This document shows positions 25,408-38,951 of a stretch of 64,000 nucleotides of DNA, piece after piece. The notes under the pieces were generated by a model. It made no database searches and was not told the DNA's origin. It saw nothing but the letters and a program-made list of their open reading frames with translations. The translations under genes were made by a program, and so were the position numbers. Each line of letters starts with the position of its first letter. Position 1 is the stretch's first letter. Source of the stretch: Octopus bimaculoides (lineage: Eukaryota); NCBI RefSeq assembly GCF_001194135.2, contig NC_068985.1, forward strand, positions 116,377,075 to 116,441,074, given 5' to 3'.

Positions 25408-25960
25408 GAGAGCAGTGCATGCCATCAAAGTGTCACTGGGGTAAAATATACGAAACCCCGTATAACCATCATGACTACACGTCTGACAAGAGTACACCAG
25501 GCACATACATCACAACTATATGTGCACGACACGGTGATCTCATATCAAGATAAGCAGCGCATGACCTATCGGGTAGGGCCCAGTTAGAATTTTCTTCAGG
25601 TCAAGTAGCCCTTCCCGCTCAAAAGGTCTCTGAATACGGGTTTTTTTAAAGATGTTGGACAAAATACCCATGTTTCCAGAGGGAATTATCCAAACTCCAA
25701 AGAATTCCTATGAAAACATGGCTACGATGCTCCCCCACCACTACTTCTGCTCGTGATTTGAGATGCGCATATTGCCAGCCACTCAGAGACATGTTCAACT
25801 GGTTAAGATCAAGAATCTTGCAAGCAAATATGTGGTATTAAGCAGAATATTTGCTGTAGCCCGTGTTTTATACAAAGACAAATCAATGTACATGATAACA
25901 CTTCCAATCAGTTAAGATGAGAAGCTATAAGAGCCACTGTCTGGTACCGCATCAGGGCAT
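25408..25960 (-). mobile_element. Interspersed repeat family E, copy 2
   Basis: GCATGCCATCAAAGTG..GGTGATCTCATATCAAGATAA..GCAGAATATTTGCTG..GCATCAGGGCAT shared with copy 1. Confidence 0.75.
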
Positions 25961-27440
25961 AACGATGAAAGCCACTGTCTGATATTATTATTATTATTGT
26001 TGTTGTTGTTGTTGTTGTTGTTGTTACTAATATGTGATGCTAATATACTAAGAAAATTTATCACGTAACAAACCAACTTCAATATATTAACAAAAATCGT
26101 TCTTGAGAACTTCAACGTCAATATTAGATAATCTTTATTTCAGCTTGGCCTCTCTCTTTACTCACCTTTTGCCATTATGCTAAAGTGTTGCATAGATAGA
26201 GTTTTGTCTTATTAGTTGTTTGATCCCCGCGCGTTTTAATTCCATAACAAGCATCAGCAATGCGTATGGTATGCTTCAATATGCTTTGGATGTTGTTAGA
26301 AGAGCTTAACCAAGACTTTAAGAGAATTTTGTGACAAGCCTTCTTTCCAAAATGACGGTAATATCACTCATTTAAGGATGCATGCTAATCTATTCGATGT
26401 ACTTTTCCTTACAGCTCTTTTGTTTGAAAGTTAGAGACATAGTGTACATGTTTTTTGTATGAATTGAAGGACTTGTGAGTCTAATGCAGAAAGTATACTA
26501 CTATCACTCGTCTTGTTCAGCCCAATTAATTATATTTGACTTTCGCTTGCTGAAGTATCTAATCTCTGTATTCCACGAGCACAGATGATTGCAGGGGTTC
26601 ACTAACTAAACTGGTTGATCCTGGCCGTTGAGAGTTTCTTGTCATTTCATCCGCTCAGCATCTAGAGATATTCACTGCTGACTCAAGAAGTTCATCTGTC
26701 GAAAACGTTCACACCCATCATGAAAAATACTATGATTCCAATGTAATCTGGCTCAGGTGGTTACATGCTAATTAACCCATGCCTGCAAACTTGGACTGTT
26801 GCATCGGCTCCAATGCATAGGAGGTTGTTCTATGTTCTTCAAAACCTAGAACTCCCGATTCGGGGCCCCACGACAGGAAGCAGTCTTAAGATCGTACCTA
26901 GAGATTAAACATCTGCATTTTATTGTCCATAGAAAAAAATGTTAGGCGCGTAACTGGAAATCTTATTTGACCCTTTAAAACAGAGTTAACTCTCCTACTA
27001 TTACACAAGGTGGTTCTTTTCGGGTGAATAGTGTTTTCATATGCATTTTTAGACCGTCATATGTTTCCTTAATATCCTATTCCGACATTTACAGTACTGT
27101 GATAATGAAAGAAATGTCATTCAAAAGAATGCAAAATCTATTATGTCACCACCGATTTGTCATTATAAGTTCTGTTAAGCGGCATTGCATTCATTACAAT
27201 TTGTCTATCTGAGCAAATTCTTCGACGGAAATATGGTTTGAGACAAGTTAAAGGGAATTGTTAGCTGTAGGCAAACTACATATTTCTTCAGATTTAGCAT
27301 TTGCGAAATACGTCCTCAGCCTGCTGAAAGAATGTTTGTCATGATAATTGCAATGTTTCCTAGTTATTTGGGAACAAAAATTACAGACATGTATTCACCT
27401 ATTTGTTTGGTATTCTCTATATTTATATTTATTTATATAT

Positions 27441-27445
<5 letters not shown>

Positions 27446-27530
<85 letters not shown>

Positions 27531-27545
27531 CTCTATCTATCTCTC
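27446..27545. repeat. (CT)n-(CTAT)n microsatellite
   Basis: Direct reading. Confidence 0.95.
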
Positions 27546-27974
27546 TCCCTCTCTCTGTCTGTCTTCATAAAAATTCAGTATTGCGAATGGTTTATTTTCA
27601 GATTATCAGTGACATGTGCATGCGTGTATCTCTGCGTGCGCCTATATGTGTGTGTGTGTGCGTGAGCGTGTGCGTGAGCGTGTGCGTGAGCGTGTGCGTA
27701 CGTGTTTCTATACAGTTGCTACAACTAGGAATGCATTTCATTATTATTTGAAATAATGCAGGATTCTAACTTTTCTAATGGCTTAGTGGGAACCCTACCG
27801 GATATGAATGTTCAAATATTCATAATACATCCCGAAAACAAAAGTGACACCCTAACTCATGCATACACAGAAACACTCACACACGCTCACACACTCACAC
27901 ACACACACACATACACATATACATATACATACATATATACATATGCTAACATATATATACATATATATACATAT

Positions 27975-28039
<65 letters not shown>

Positions 28040-28044
28040 TAGAG

Positions 28045-28075
<31 letters not shown>

Positions 28076-28673
28076 CATAGAGACATACATATATATANNN
28101 NNNNNNNNNNNNNNNNNNNNNNNNNNNTATATATATATATATATATATATATTACAAATAACAGTTTTAGCTCAGTATCGCCCTACGCTGATCACGACAA
28201 CAGAGGTGAAAAGGGGATCCCAGTATTTATATCATTACGGTGGAGGAGAGCCTAAAAGGTGTCTGGTGACGAAGCGTGTTAAATGTAATTCAAGTTTATC
28301 AATTATGATCCAGGTGGCGGGGAATGTAAAATGGCGTGAAATTTTTTGATAAGTACCTGAATTGTTTAGTCATACATCGCAATATATATTTAGAATATAG
28401 TGCTGGTTGATGTACGTATGAAATGGGACGCCCCCTACGTGTCTATGATTATATGGATTATTTGAGGACTTAATTGAATTTTTATAGGAATGCTAATTTG
28501 AGAATTAGCATTAGTTCTGCTTCCATGATCAAATGCATAGAATGCTCACAATTAATGTGAACTGGAGTAAAAATAATTTGCACGCTCAGTATAAACGTAA
28601 AAAGAAAAAACAAAAACAAAAAAGGAAAACGGGATAGAGAACTACCAAAATCAATCTTTTGTGTGTGTGTGTG

Positions 28674-28711
<38 letters not shown>

Positions 28712-28967
28712 TGCATATGTGTGCATGCATGTGTGTGAGTGCATGCGTGCGTGCGTGCGTACGTGTGTGTGTGCGTCAACGCGGAAATGCATTTGGCGTC
28801 CACGCTACCCGCTTCCAGGACTAATTCATCTCTCCCCGTGCTGTAGTGTGCTTTTAACATACCAAATCTATCACCTTGTATATCACTGATGTATAAACAT
28901 TAAAGATGATATACAGATTGGTGTATAAATCATACAACGATATATATATATACATATATGTGTGTGG

Positions 28968-29005
<38 letters not shown>

Positions 29006-29409
29006 NNNNNNNNNNNNNNNNNNNNNNNNNNNNNNNNNNNNNNNNNNNNNNNNNNNNNNNNNNNNNNNNNNNNNNNNNNNNNNNNNNNNNNNNNNNNNNN
29101 NNNNNNNNNNNNNNNNNNNNNNNNNNNNNNNNNNNNNNNNNNNNNNNNNNNNNNNNNNNNNNNNNNNNNNNNNNNNNNNNNNNNNNNNNNNNNNNNNNNN
29201 NNNNNNNNNNNNNNNNNNNNNNNNNNNNNNNNNNNNNNNNNNNNNNNNNNNNNNNNNNNNNNNNNNNNNNNNNNNNNNNNNNNNNNNNNNNNNNNNNNNN
29301 NNNNNNNNNNNNNNNNNNNNNNNNNNNNNNNNNNNNNNNNNNNNNNNNNNNNNNNNNNNNNNNNNNNNNNNNNNNNNNATATATATATATATATAAAAAT
29401 AAAACAATA

Positions 29410-29585
29410 GGGCAGCGCAAGCTGGCAGAATCGCTAGCACGCCGGGCGAACTGCGAAGCAGAATTTTGTCTGCCGTTAGGTCCTGAGTTCAAATTCTGCC
29501 GAGATCGACTTTGCCTTTCATCTTTGTCTTCCCTTGTTTGTCCCCTCTATGTTTAGTCCATTGTGGGCAATAAAGAAATAGAAAT
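29410..29585 (+). mobile_element. SINE family A with GGGCAATAAAGAAATA-type tail
   Basis: CAAGCTGGCAGAATCGCTAGCACGCCGGGCGAA head, GAGTTCAAATTCTGCC B-box, internal deletion, TTGTTTGTCCCCTCTATGTTTAG tail. Confidence 0.85.
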
Positions 29586-29597
29586 ATATCTATGACA

Positions 29598-29765
29598 AAG
29601 CAGGGGTGGCTGCGTGGTAAGAACCTTGTTCTCCAACCAAATGATTCCGGGTTCAGTCCCACTGCGTGGCACCTTGAGCAAGTATATTGTACTATAGCCT
29701 CAGGCCAACCAATGCTTTGTGAGTGGATTGGGTAGATGGAAACCGAAAGAACTGAAATGCAAAGA
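29598..29765 (+). mobile_element. SINE family B
   Basis: GTGGCTGCGTGGTAAGAA..CCGGGTTCAGTCCCACTGCGTGGCACCTTGAGCAAGT. Confidence 0.85.
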
Positions 29766-29788
29766 AGCAATTCTGTGTTGTTGTTTAT

Positions 29789-30470
29789 ATGTCGTTGGCG
29801 CCAAACGCGTCACTCCAAACCACCAAATGCTTGTCTTGCCCTTTGAATTCGCAGATGTATTTTTGTGTTCAGATTTCCATCAATTTGTACAGAGCTTCAG
29901 AGATATGTGAAAGAGTCAACAACCTCAAGGAACATACCCTTACAGGAAATTTTAGTGGGGTTTCAAACAGCACCACGTGCAGGTTGATACATTACAACTA
30001 TTATTTTCAAGTTGATGGTCATGCCAGAATCACCACAAGTTGAGTCATATGCAAATACGAGATATTACAGAGTGACTGACTAGATCCAAGTACTCAGCGT
30101 GTAAGAGTTCCCTAATTAGTGAAGTGAATACCTGTTTTGAATTTCAGTCTAGTCAGATTATAAACATTCCTTGTTGTTCGATATTTTATGTTAGTACCCT
30201 CCAGGGAGTTTTGAAAAGCTTAAGACAGCACAGCAGCAAAATGTATTGCATAGTGGGTGGGTGTTTTACTCCATTTTCCACAGTAAAAGAGATCCAGAAA
30301 GCCTACCACTAAAATTATGTCAGATCATGATTGAACATCACTGGTAACATGTAATCCACTGCAACCTGATGCGTGGTCAGGTCATCGGCGACTTATCTAG
30401 CAAACCAACCAAGCTTGCTTGGTGAAGAGGTTGATTTATGAAGTCCCTGTGGAACGAAAAATAACATCCG
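29789..30470 (-). pseudogene. RTE-BovB-type LINE reverse transcriptase remnant
   Basis: Minus-strand peptides FTVENGVK, SLIRELLHAEY (degenerate YADD), GMTINLK..VMYQPARG, LEVVDSFTYL*S..IHLRIQRARQAFGGL.RVW. Confidence 0.85.
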
Positions 30471-30559
30471 TCAAAGGGCGGAGGAACTCATGAGTACTCA
30501 ATGGCCATTCAACAAATATGTGTAAATATGTTTTGTTTCGATTGACGACAGACAGACAC

Positions 30560-30608
<49 letters not shown>

Positions 30609-30644
30609 CAGACAGATAGACAGACAGACAGACAGACACATGGA

Positions 30645-30696
<52 letters not shown>

Positions 30697-30734
30697 TAGG
30701 TAACAGACAAATTAACATTAAATTATCATCTTCT

Positions 30735-30960
30735 GCTTCTTCTTATTATTATTATTGTTCAGTAGTTTTATTTTTATAACGTGCTTTCTCTTCACTACCG
30801 AGCGCATCTCTGTGCGCCTTGGGTATGTGCTGTGGTTTGCTGTGGTGCTCTTATGTTTACTGTATTGAAAGTGTTTTGCGTAAAATGTGTGCAGTACCCA
30901 GTAGTGCAATTTTCTGTATACCTTTATTGTTTTTCGGAAGAATCTACAGGGCGACCCATG
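30735..30960 (-). mobile_element. 3' end (ORF terminus, 3' UTR, AAT tail) of a REL-type LINE
   Basis: IQKIALLGTAHILRKTLSIQ* followed by a short UTR ending in (AAT)n. Confidence 0.75.
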
Positions 30961-31352
30961 GACTGATAGCTTCGTGCATTGACGGATATCACTTGAGAAA
31001 GTGTCAATGCCTCAAGTTGGGCTTTGAGCCACCCTCTGACATCTGCCAAGTCTTAATGAAAAGCATATACACACGTGTTATGAAATCCGTTCAACTTGTA
31101 TACATCAGCAAACATTCATACTCACGCAGGCACACATGGAAACACACACATACATACTGGTGATGTTCTCGAGTATTTAGTCACGTCAAGCGTATGTAAA
31201 ATAATTCTCACTTGGAATGGCGAAACTCGATGCACATAATGCTATAAATAATAGCATATAAATATTAAACTGCAAAAGGTTTTTTGTTACAAAAGTCAGA
31301 AGGCTGATAATTAATAATTACAACATTTTGTGCTTAGAAATCTACTCTTGGA

Positions 31353-31416
<64 letters not shown>

Positions 31417-32177
31417 TGGGCGTTGAAACTCGAAGCAGATAGAGTTACAAAGGATTTTTAACCAGATATTTACACTCTGCTATATATTACATCATCTGCG
31501 TCGAGTTTCACCTTTTCCTAAAAAAAACATTATCTCTTGTTCTCTCGACGTTTCTTCTTTCATATGACGTCAACACGCACACATACATACACACAAACGC
31601 ACACCCACACACAGATGAACAGGAAGAAAGCTGAGGTCTAAATGGCTTTTACTTCAAGTCTAGTATAACCGCTTTTCAACGTTGAAACATCAGTCATACT
31701 CAACTGACCATACCGTCCATCATGTCGTGATATCAAGGTTTACAAAAATTTAATTTGCTTCGTTTAAATAAATTATTAAATAAATGTATATGACAGTTGC
31801 GCAAAGCATTAGTTATTCGGATGTAGCTATGGAAGTGTGCTGGGTTGAAGTGGTTGTAGGAGAGAAGAGAAGGGGTATGTAATGAGAAGTAAGTTTTATT
31901 TCATAAATGAAATAAATGGTTGATAGAGAGGAGAAAGAGAGAATGTGAAGCAGAGGAACAGAAAGTATTAGAGAAAGAAATGATGCAGAGGAGATAGGAA
32001 GAAGGAACCGGAAGAATTATAAACAAAGAAACATTTTGTATAAAAAGATAGTAAATGAATGAACGAACGAATGAAAGAGGAGGCAAAAAGAAAGGAAGCG
32101 AAAACGGTGTGGATAGGCGGAATGAAGGAGTTACAAGATAGGGATGGTAACAGGAGTGGAACGGAAAGAGAGAGAGA

Positions 32178-32221
<44 letters not shown>

Positions 32222-32320
32222 TAAGGAAAGGTAAAGGAAAGAGTAAAGAGACTGATAAAGGAAGCTTCCGAAGGGAAAATATATCACGGTGAAAGCTACA
32301 AAATTAAAAAGAGGGAGTAT

Positions 32321-32962
32321 GGTGGTGAGCTGACAGAACCGTTAGCATGTCGGGCGAAATGCTTAGTGGTATTTCGTCTGCCGCTACGTTCTGAGTTCAA
32401 ATTCCGCCGAGGTCAACTTTGCCATTCATCGTTTTGGGGTCGATAAATTATGTGCCAATCAAGTACTGGGTCGTTGTAATCGACTATGCCCCCCCTCCAC
32501 CACCACCACAAATTCGAGGCCTTGTGCCTATAGTAACAAAGAATCGTTAGCCTGCCGGGCAAAAATGCTCACCTGCATTCTAAGTTCAAATTCCGCAGGG
32601 GTCGACTTTGGTTTTCATCCTTCCGGGATCAATAAAATAAATACCGTTTAATACCGTTGAGCATTGCAGTCGATGTATTCGCCTTACCTTAAATGGCTGG
32701 CCTTGTGCCAAAATTTGAAAGCAATGTATCTAAATGTAAAGTCGGCGAGCTGGCAGAATCGTTAAGGACACGCCGGGGAAAGTGCTTACTAGCATTTCGT
32801 CGGTCTTTACGTTCTAAGTTCACATTCCTCCGAGGTCGACTTTGCTTTTCATCCTTTTCGGAGTCGATAAACTAAGTACCAGTGAAACACTTGGGTTGAT
32901 ATAATGGACTTAATCATCACCCCTGTATTATTGGCCTTGAGCCAAAATTCGAATCCAAAATT
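32321..32962 (+). mobile_element. Three tandem SINE family A copies
   Basis: Heads near 32321, 32545 (5'-truncated) and 32742, each with GTTCAAATTCC-like B-box. Confidence 0.85.
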
Positions 32963-33376
32963 ATTTTCAACTCTAGGCACAAGGCCCGGAAACAATTAGA
33001 TCGACGCCAGTACACAACTAGCACTTAATTTATCGACCCCGAAAGGATGAAAGACAGAGTCGACCTCGGCGGAATTTGAACTCAGAACGTAAAGACAGAC
33101 GAAATACCGCTAAGCATTTCTCCCGGCGTTCTAACGTTTCTTATTTCTGTACTTCCTACAAGGAGCTACACACAGAGGGAAAAGACAAGGACAAACAAAC
33201 GGATTAAGTCGATTATATTGACCCCTGTGCGTAACTGGAACTTATTTAATCGACGATGAAAGGATGAAATGCAAAGTCGACTTCCGCGGAATTTGAACTC
33301 AGAACGTAACGGCAGACGAAACACTGCTCAGCATTTCACCCGGCGTGCTAACGTTTCTGCCAGTTCGCCGCCTTTA
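32963..33376 (-). mobile_element. SINE family A head-to-tail dimer flanked by a 14-bp TSD
   Basis: TCGAATCCAAAATT (32949-32962) and TCGAAGCCAAAATT (33377-33390). Confidence 0.8.
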
Positions 33377-33597
33377 TCGAAGCCAAAATTAAAAACAGAA
33401 ATAGAAACCATAGGAGTGAATATAGTTTGAAAGAAAGCGATTGGGCTGTATCGAAATGTGTCTTTCATAAAACAACATGGAGTTCGAGAAGAAAAGAAAT
33501 TCACGTTTTATTTTTATTCTTCTTTTAACGAGGAAAGGAGGAAGGAAGTGTAATTAGATACGACCGATCAAATTTGAAAGAAACGTAATTAGTAATC

Positions 33598-33810
33598 GTT
33601 TCTTATTTTGGTACAAAGCCAGCCAATTTGTGGAGTGGGGAAGTCAATTACATCAACACCATTGTTCAACTGGTACTGAGTTTAGCGACCCCGAAAGGAT
33701 AAAAGGCAAAGTTGACCTCGGCCGCATTTGAATTCAGAAAGTAAAATCTGTAGAAATGCTGCTAGGCATTTTGTTCAAAACGTTAACGATTTTGCTAACT
33801 CGCCGCCTTA
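33598..33810 (-). mobile_element. SINE family A
   Basis: GCGACCCCGAAAGGATAAAAGGCAAAGTTGACCTCGG..CTAACTCGCCGCCTT. Confidence 0.8.
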
Positions 33811-35107
33811 AGAAATCTAGTAAAAACACAGAGGACCTGGAAATAAAGTGTTGGATGCTGTTAATTTAGTGGGTGAGGAGAAGAAGCAAAATAATTATAG
33901 AATTACAGGTGTTGCATAGTAAATGATGAACGAAATTATTTCAGTGAGATGTTGGTGTAGCAGGAGAGTGGGGATGGCGATGTAAGTTGTAAAATATAGC
34001 TTGTTTTATAAAACGACTAAAATTTAGAACTAAAATGTTGGAGTTGCAAACAAACATGAATAAGAGCGAAATAAGTAAAACAATAAACAAACTGCTATGA
34101 AAGATTAGGAAACACATATGGTTTCTGGCAGAAGTGAAACACGGTGGGTGGGCATGATCTACGCAGGATTGTAATTTAAATAGTAAAGCAGCAAAAGGAA
34201 TAAGCTGAAATGTATTAAAGGAAAACGAAGCAAGAGCTTGGATAATAATTTGAAGGAACAAACGTGCAGATTAAAACCAAGTCAAAAATAAATTTTAAAA
34301 ACTGTATATTAAGGAGTGCATAAAGTGAGGTGAACTATACTTAATCTTGTTGGACAAGATACTAGTGGATGTAACATGCAGCAAACAGAATGAAGTCACT
34401 TAATCTGCATTGTTAAAATGAAAGGGCACAGCAGTTTTATAGAATCTGCAGATTTTCTCGTAAATATATTGTAGCATTTCTATATATGAAGCTTTACAGA
34501 GAATATACGGCTTCTATTGGTTTCATGTTTTAAGCAAAAAATGATTCGTTTTTTAGGAATTACAAATGTATTGGTGAATTTAAAGGGAACCGATCATATA
34601 CGCTTGCGATATAGTCAACTTACCGAACAATAAATTTCAGGAATGTATTTATTCTTGCAGCTAGATTTCGAGACCTGCTCAATTTCTTTTTAATTTAAAA
34701 GAGATGAGAATAGGAATAAGATTTTATTGACTCAGAGAAGGCACGTACCCAATCATCCTAAATATGGTTTCGCTTATTATATTACTGGACATCTAAATTT
34801 GAAGTTTGTTGTAATCCGGTATCGCAGTCACCAAAAGTGTTGAGACAGTTTCTCTGGGTTTCTAAGGAAACATGTGTATTTGAAATATCTCTGTTAATTT
34901 TTCTATTTTATACTATCAATCTTTGTAGGTATAGTCACTTTGATCTACTAACTTTACTTTGATACATTGTACCAACTCTTTGCTAAATTATTTACCTATA
35001 ACAGGGGATATTATAACCTTTTACTATTGTACTAACAATTGTGACCTGGGGCTGAGTTTTTCTCGGGATTTCTGTTATCCTTTTACATAAGAAACTATAT
35101 TTTTAAT

Positions 35108-35560
35108 ATTGGTTTCAAATTTTGGCACACGGCCAGCAACATCTGTGGAGAGGAATATCGATCACACCACCCCCAGTGCTCGATTGATACTTAATTTATC
35201 GAACCTGAAAGGATGAAAGACAAATCGACCTTAGCGGATTTTGAACTCAGAAGGTAAATACAGACCAAATACCATTAGGCATTTTGCTCGGAGTGCTACA
35301 GATTTTCCAGCTCGCCGCCTTAACTAAATTTTTAATATTACTAGTGTTACGAGAGCGGTAAGGTAGCGGAACCTTTAGTATTCCGGTTAAAATACTTTGT
35401 TCTCAGAAAGTAAATACTTATTGTCATTACGTTCCGAGTTCACGTTCCGTCGAGGTCAACTTTACGTTTCATTCTTTCGGAGTCGTTAAAAGTAGGTACC
35501 ACTTGAACACTAGGGTCGATACAACCGACTTCCTCCTCACCCGAAATTGCTAGCCTTCAT
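35108..35560. mobile_element. Divergent pair of SINE family A copies (35108-35322 minus, 35352-35560 plus)
   Basis: Family A core in both orientations, heads about 30 bp apart. Confidence 0.75.
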
Positions 35561-36077
35561 ATTATATTGAAGCTAATATTACTAGTGCTGCTATGGATAA
35601 CTTTTCAAGTGGTGTTCCTAAAAAACTTATGGTAGTTGTGACCAGATTTGAGGAAGCATTTTTCCATATTAATATCCGCCACTAAACTGAAAATGAGTAT
35701 ACTGAACCAGATGATATTACGTTTTTATTACCGTGAGGCATTATTGTGTGGCATATGGGCATACGTTGCTTCTTCTCAACAAAACTGCTCACTCTCAATA
35801 TACCTGAATGCATGAGTCAATCCAAAGTTATTTATATGTAATAATTCGAATAGCAAATGTTTTAAACGTTTTCTTAGATTTTGTTTCTACAGTTGACGGA
35901 TATAACTTTATTGGCAGCAATATCATCATAAGTCTATAGCGACAATGGTACAGGAATATTATGCTATATGATTTTTTCATATAATCCGTTTTCATAATCT
36001 CCTTCTTCACAAACGTGTATTCTGTGAAGCTGCTGAGCAGTCTCATTTTGTATTTTTCTCTATATCTATAAAACTTA

Positions 36078-36503
36078 CCGTAAATCCTGGAGTATAGTTC
36101 GCCCTTGAGTATAATATGCAGGGGATTTTTAGGGGGCTGTACTTCTGAAAAACCTAAACCTTGTGTATAATACGCAACGCTTCTGTAACCTGAGTCAAGG
36201 AGGTCTATATAACGTCCTTGGTTTGTAAACGTATATACGGTAACGTCCTTTATTATTATTGTATATATAACATAATGCAAACGTGTAGCTTTGTTATGCT
36301 CTTTGTTTGCAGAAAATAAAGAAATATCAGTAATAACGGCAGTGAAAAATAAATATTAAGTAAATTGCCTTTACATATTTATCACTTAGAAAATTTTGCT
36401 TAGAAAATATTTTTCATTTTTAACCTCGTATATAGTACGCACTAGAAATTTTAACCTTTAAATTTTGGGAAAAAACGTGCGGATTATACTCGAGGATTTA
36501 CGG
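36078..36503. mobile_element. pogo/Tigger-like MITE, 426 bp
   Basis: TIRs CCGTAAATCCTGGAGTATAGTTCGC vs CCGTAAATCCTCGAGTATAATCCGC; TA at 36076-36077 and 36504-36505. Confidence 0.85.
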
Positions 36504-36882
36504 TATACAACAAACTTTGTGAAGAATAGGGCTCCATAGACTGGCAAGATTTTATTTTATTCTTTAAACATAGTAGCGATCATAAATAGCTAACTTTCCT
36601 CTTTATGGCAACATTTTTTTCCATTTGTTTTATAACATTTCAAACGGTTTTGTCGAGGATGTTGCAGGATGACGTCAATATTTGATCAAAATATCATATG
36701 CTTCAGGTTTTCTTTGTGTTAGTTTTAAAAGAAACCGCGTTTAGCAGCTTGTATGCATAGATTGCTTATCATCTGTCTGCACTAAGTTTAAAGGTGTGAA
36801 GAAAACGATATAGGGTAATACTTGTATATCTGTGTCTCACAGTCACCTCTATGAATCAATGTTATTATTAACTCTATTAATG

Positions 36883-37075
36883 CGGAGAGCTGCCAGAATC
36901 CTCATCACGTCGGGCAGAATGCTTAGCGGAATTTCGTCCGTCTTTCAAACTCCGCTGAGGTCGACTTTGTCTTTCATCTTTTGGAGTCGGTGAAATAAAT
37001 ACCAGTTACGCACTGGGGTTGATGTAATCGATTTGCTCTTCACCCAAAATTTCAGGCCTTGTGCCTTTAGGAGAA
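36883..37075 (+). mobile_element. SINE family A
   Basis: GCGGAGAGCTGCCAGAATC head, GAGGTCGACTTTG, TACCAGTTACGCACTGGGG core. Confidence 0.8.
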
Positions 37076-37224
37076 ATGATTATCACCTCTGATAACAATT
37101 CTCTTAGTCATGTACGTTTAAATTTATCAAACACACAGACAACACCTGATAACAATACAGGATAAAAAATAATATTTCCAAGCAGAGATAATTTTCATTT
37201 AACCCGAAACATATTTTCGTCAGG

Positions 37225-37600
37225 GGAGGCGCAATGGCCTAGAGGTTAGGGCAGCGGACATGCGGTCGTAGGATCGCAGATTCGATTCCCAGACCGGGCG
37301 TTTTGAGTGTTTATTGAGCAAAAACACCTAAAGCTCCACGAGGCTCCGGCAGGGGGTGGTGGCGAACCCTGCTGTATTCTTTCACCACAACTTTCTCTCA
37401 CTCGTGCTTCCTGTTTCTGTTGTACCTGTATGTCAAAGGGCCAGCCTTGTCACAGTGTGTCTCGCTGAATATCCCCGAGAACCACCTTAAGGGTACACGT
37501 GTCTGTGGTGTGCTCAGCCACTTGCACGTTAATTTCACGAGCAGGCTGTTCCGTTGATCGGATCGACTGGAACCCTCGACGTCGTAAGCGACGGAGTGCC
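37225..37600 (+). mobile_element. SINE family C, full length, with 12-bp TSD
   Basis: tRNA-like head GGAGGCGCAATGGCCTAGAGGTTAGGGCAGCGGAC..TTCGATTCCC; TSD TATTTTCGTCAG (37212-37223) and TATTTCCGTCAG (37603-37614); colinear with 45615-45991. Confidence 0.9.
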
Positions 37601-37684
37601 ACTATTTCCGTCAGCATAACGTTATTATATAACAAGAACACAAGGGCCTCCTAGATAAGGGAGGAAAGTGGAATCAAATACATT

Positions 37685-37905
37685 TACGAAAGGGTGCTGA
37701 AAAGTTTCTGGCTTTAAGGGTATCGAGAAAATCCTGATCGGAGTGTCAGCATTATGAACTCTATTACAGAGCTTAGAAAAACTGATGGACTGCAGCAATA
37801 AGTGTGTGAATCTGAGAATGGAATATGTGGAATAAAATCATAATTAAATTAACCTCTTGCATTTTCTTTTATCCAAAGTTAGGAGCTTTGCAACTCCATA
37901 TCATA
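37685..37905 (+). mobile_element. mariner-derived short deletion derivative
   Basis: Degenerate TIRs TACGAAAGGGTGCTGAAAAGTTTCTGGCTTT and partner at 37875-37905; internal peptide SNKCVNLRMEYVE* resembles the mariner C-terminus. Confidence 0.6.
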
Positions 37906-38912
37906 TTATAATATTTTACTGGCAATGAAAGTCAAAGTCGATGAAGATACAATTGGAACTGGGAACAAGAAGGCATAAAACTAAATGCTGCAAATCACTT
38001 AGTCACGTGTTCTTCTGAATATTTCATTCCACCATAATCTTGGCACGTGTCCACATATTTCTAGATGACGGGTGCATTAAATCGCATCGATTCCGTGTAA
38101 TTGACCGATAATTATTTTATAAATCCAACTGGGATGACAAGCAACTCATCTGGATTTAAATACAAAAGGTAAAAATTCGAGATTAAATGCAGCAAGACAG
38201 CTAATCCGGCATTCTGCCAAGTCACCCACTCTCCAGTAATTCTGTCAATATTAATATTAACTAATCAAAGTAAATTTGACAAATGTTATAATTTTATTCG
38301 CAGTTTCTAATGAAAATTCTTCACGCGACACAAGATTCGGTTACATTTCCTGTTAAAAACTGCACCGTTTTTAATGCCACAAAGATTGCTATTGTCAAGC
38401 AGAAGCGGTGTAGAGATATTCCCAACACATTCCTCGTCTCATATAACAGCAAATGATGTGTGTGTACACACACACACACATACACACGGATGCACACGCA
38501 CATATTTATACATACTTATGTATATATGTGCTTGCATACATATACATAAACATACATACATGTGTATGCGTATATATNNNNNNNNNNNNNNNNNNNNNNN
38601 NNNNNNNNNNNNNNNNNNNNNNNNNNNNNNNNNNNNNNNNNNNNNNNNNNNNNNNNNNNNNNNNNNNNNNNNNNNNNNNNNNNNNNNNNNNNNNNNNNNN
38701 NNNNNNNNNNNNNNNNNNNNNNNNNNNNNNNNNNNNNNNNNNNNNNNNNNNNNNNNNNNNNNNNNNNNNNNNNNNNNNNNNNNNNNTGTATATATATATA
38801 TATATATGTACATATGTGTGTGTATATATATATATATGCTTATATATACACATACATATGTATATATACATTTATATTTATGTATATACTCATATATATA
38901 TATATATGTCTG

Positions 38913-38951
<39 letters not shown>

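Noticed and set aside
26100-26900. Possible retroelement ORF remnant
   Set aside because: Coding-like composition, but no diagnostic motif could be read in any frame
32321-33376. CRISPR-like array of repeated units
   Set aside because: Units are 170-230 bp diverged SINE copies in both orientations, with no constant short repeat/spacer period and no cas genes, in eukaryotic DNA
37225-37300. tRNA gene (also the heads of SINE families A, B and D)
   Set aside because: A/B boxes are present, but the sequence continues into SINE bodies with TSDs and no clean cloverleaf or terminator; these are SINE heads
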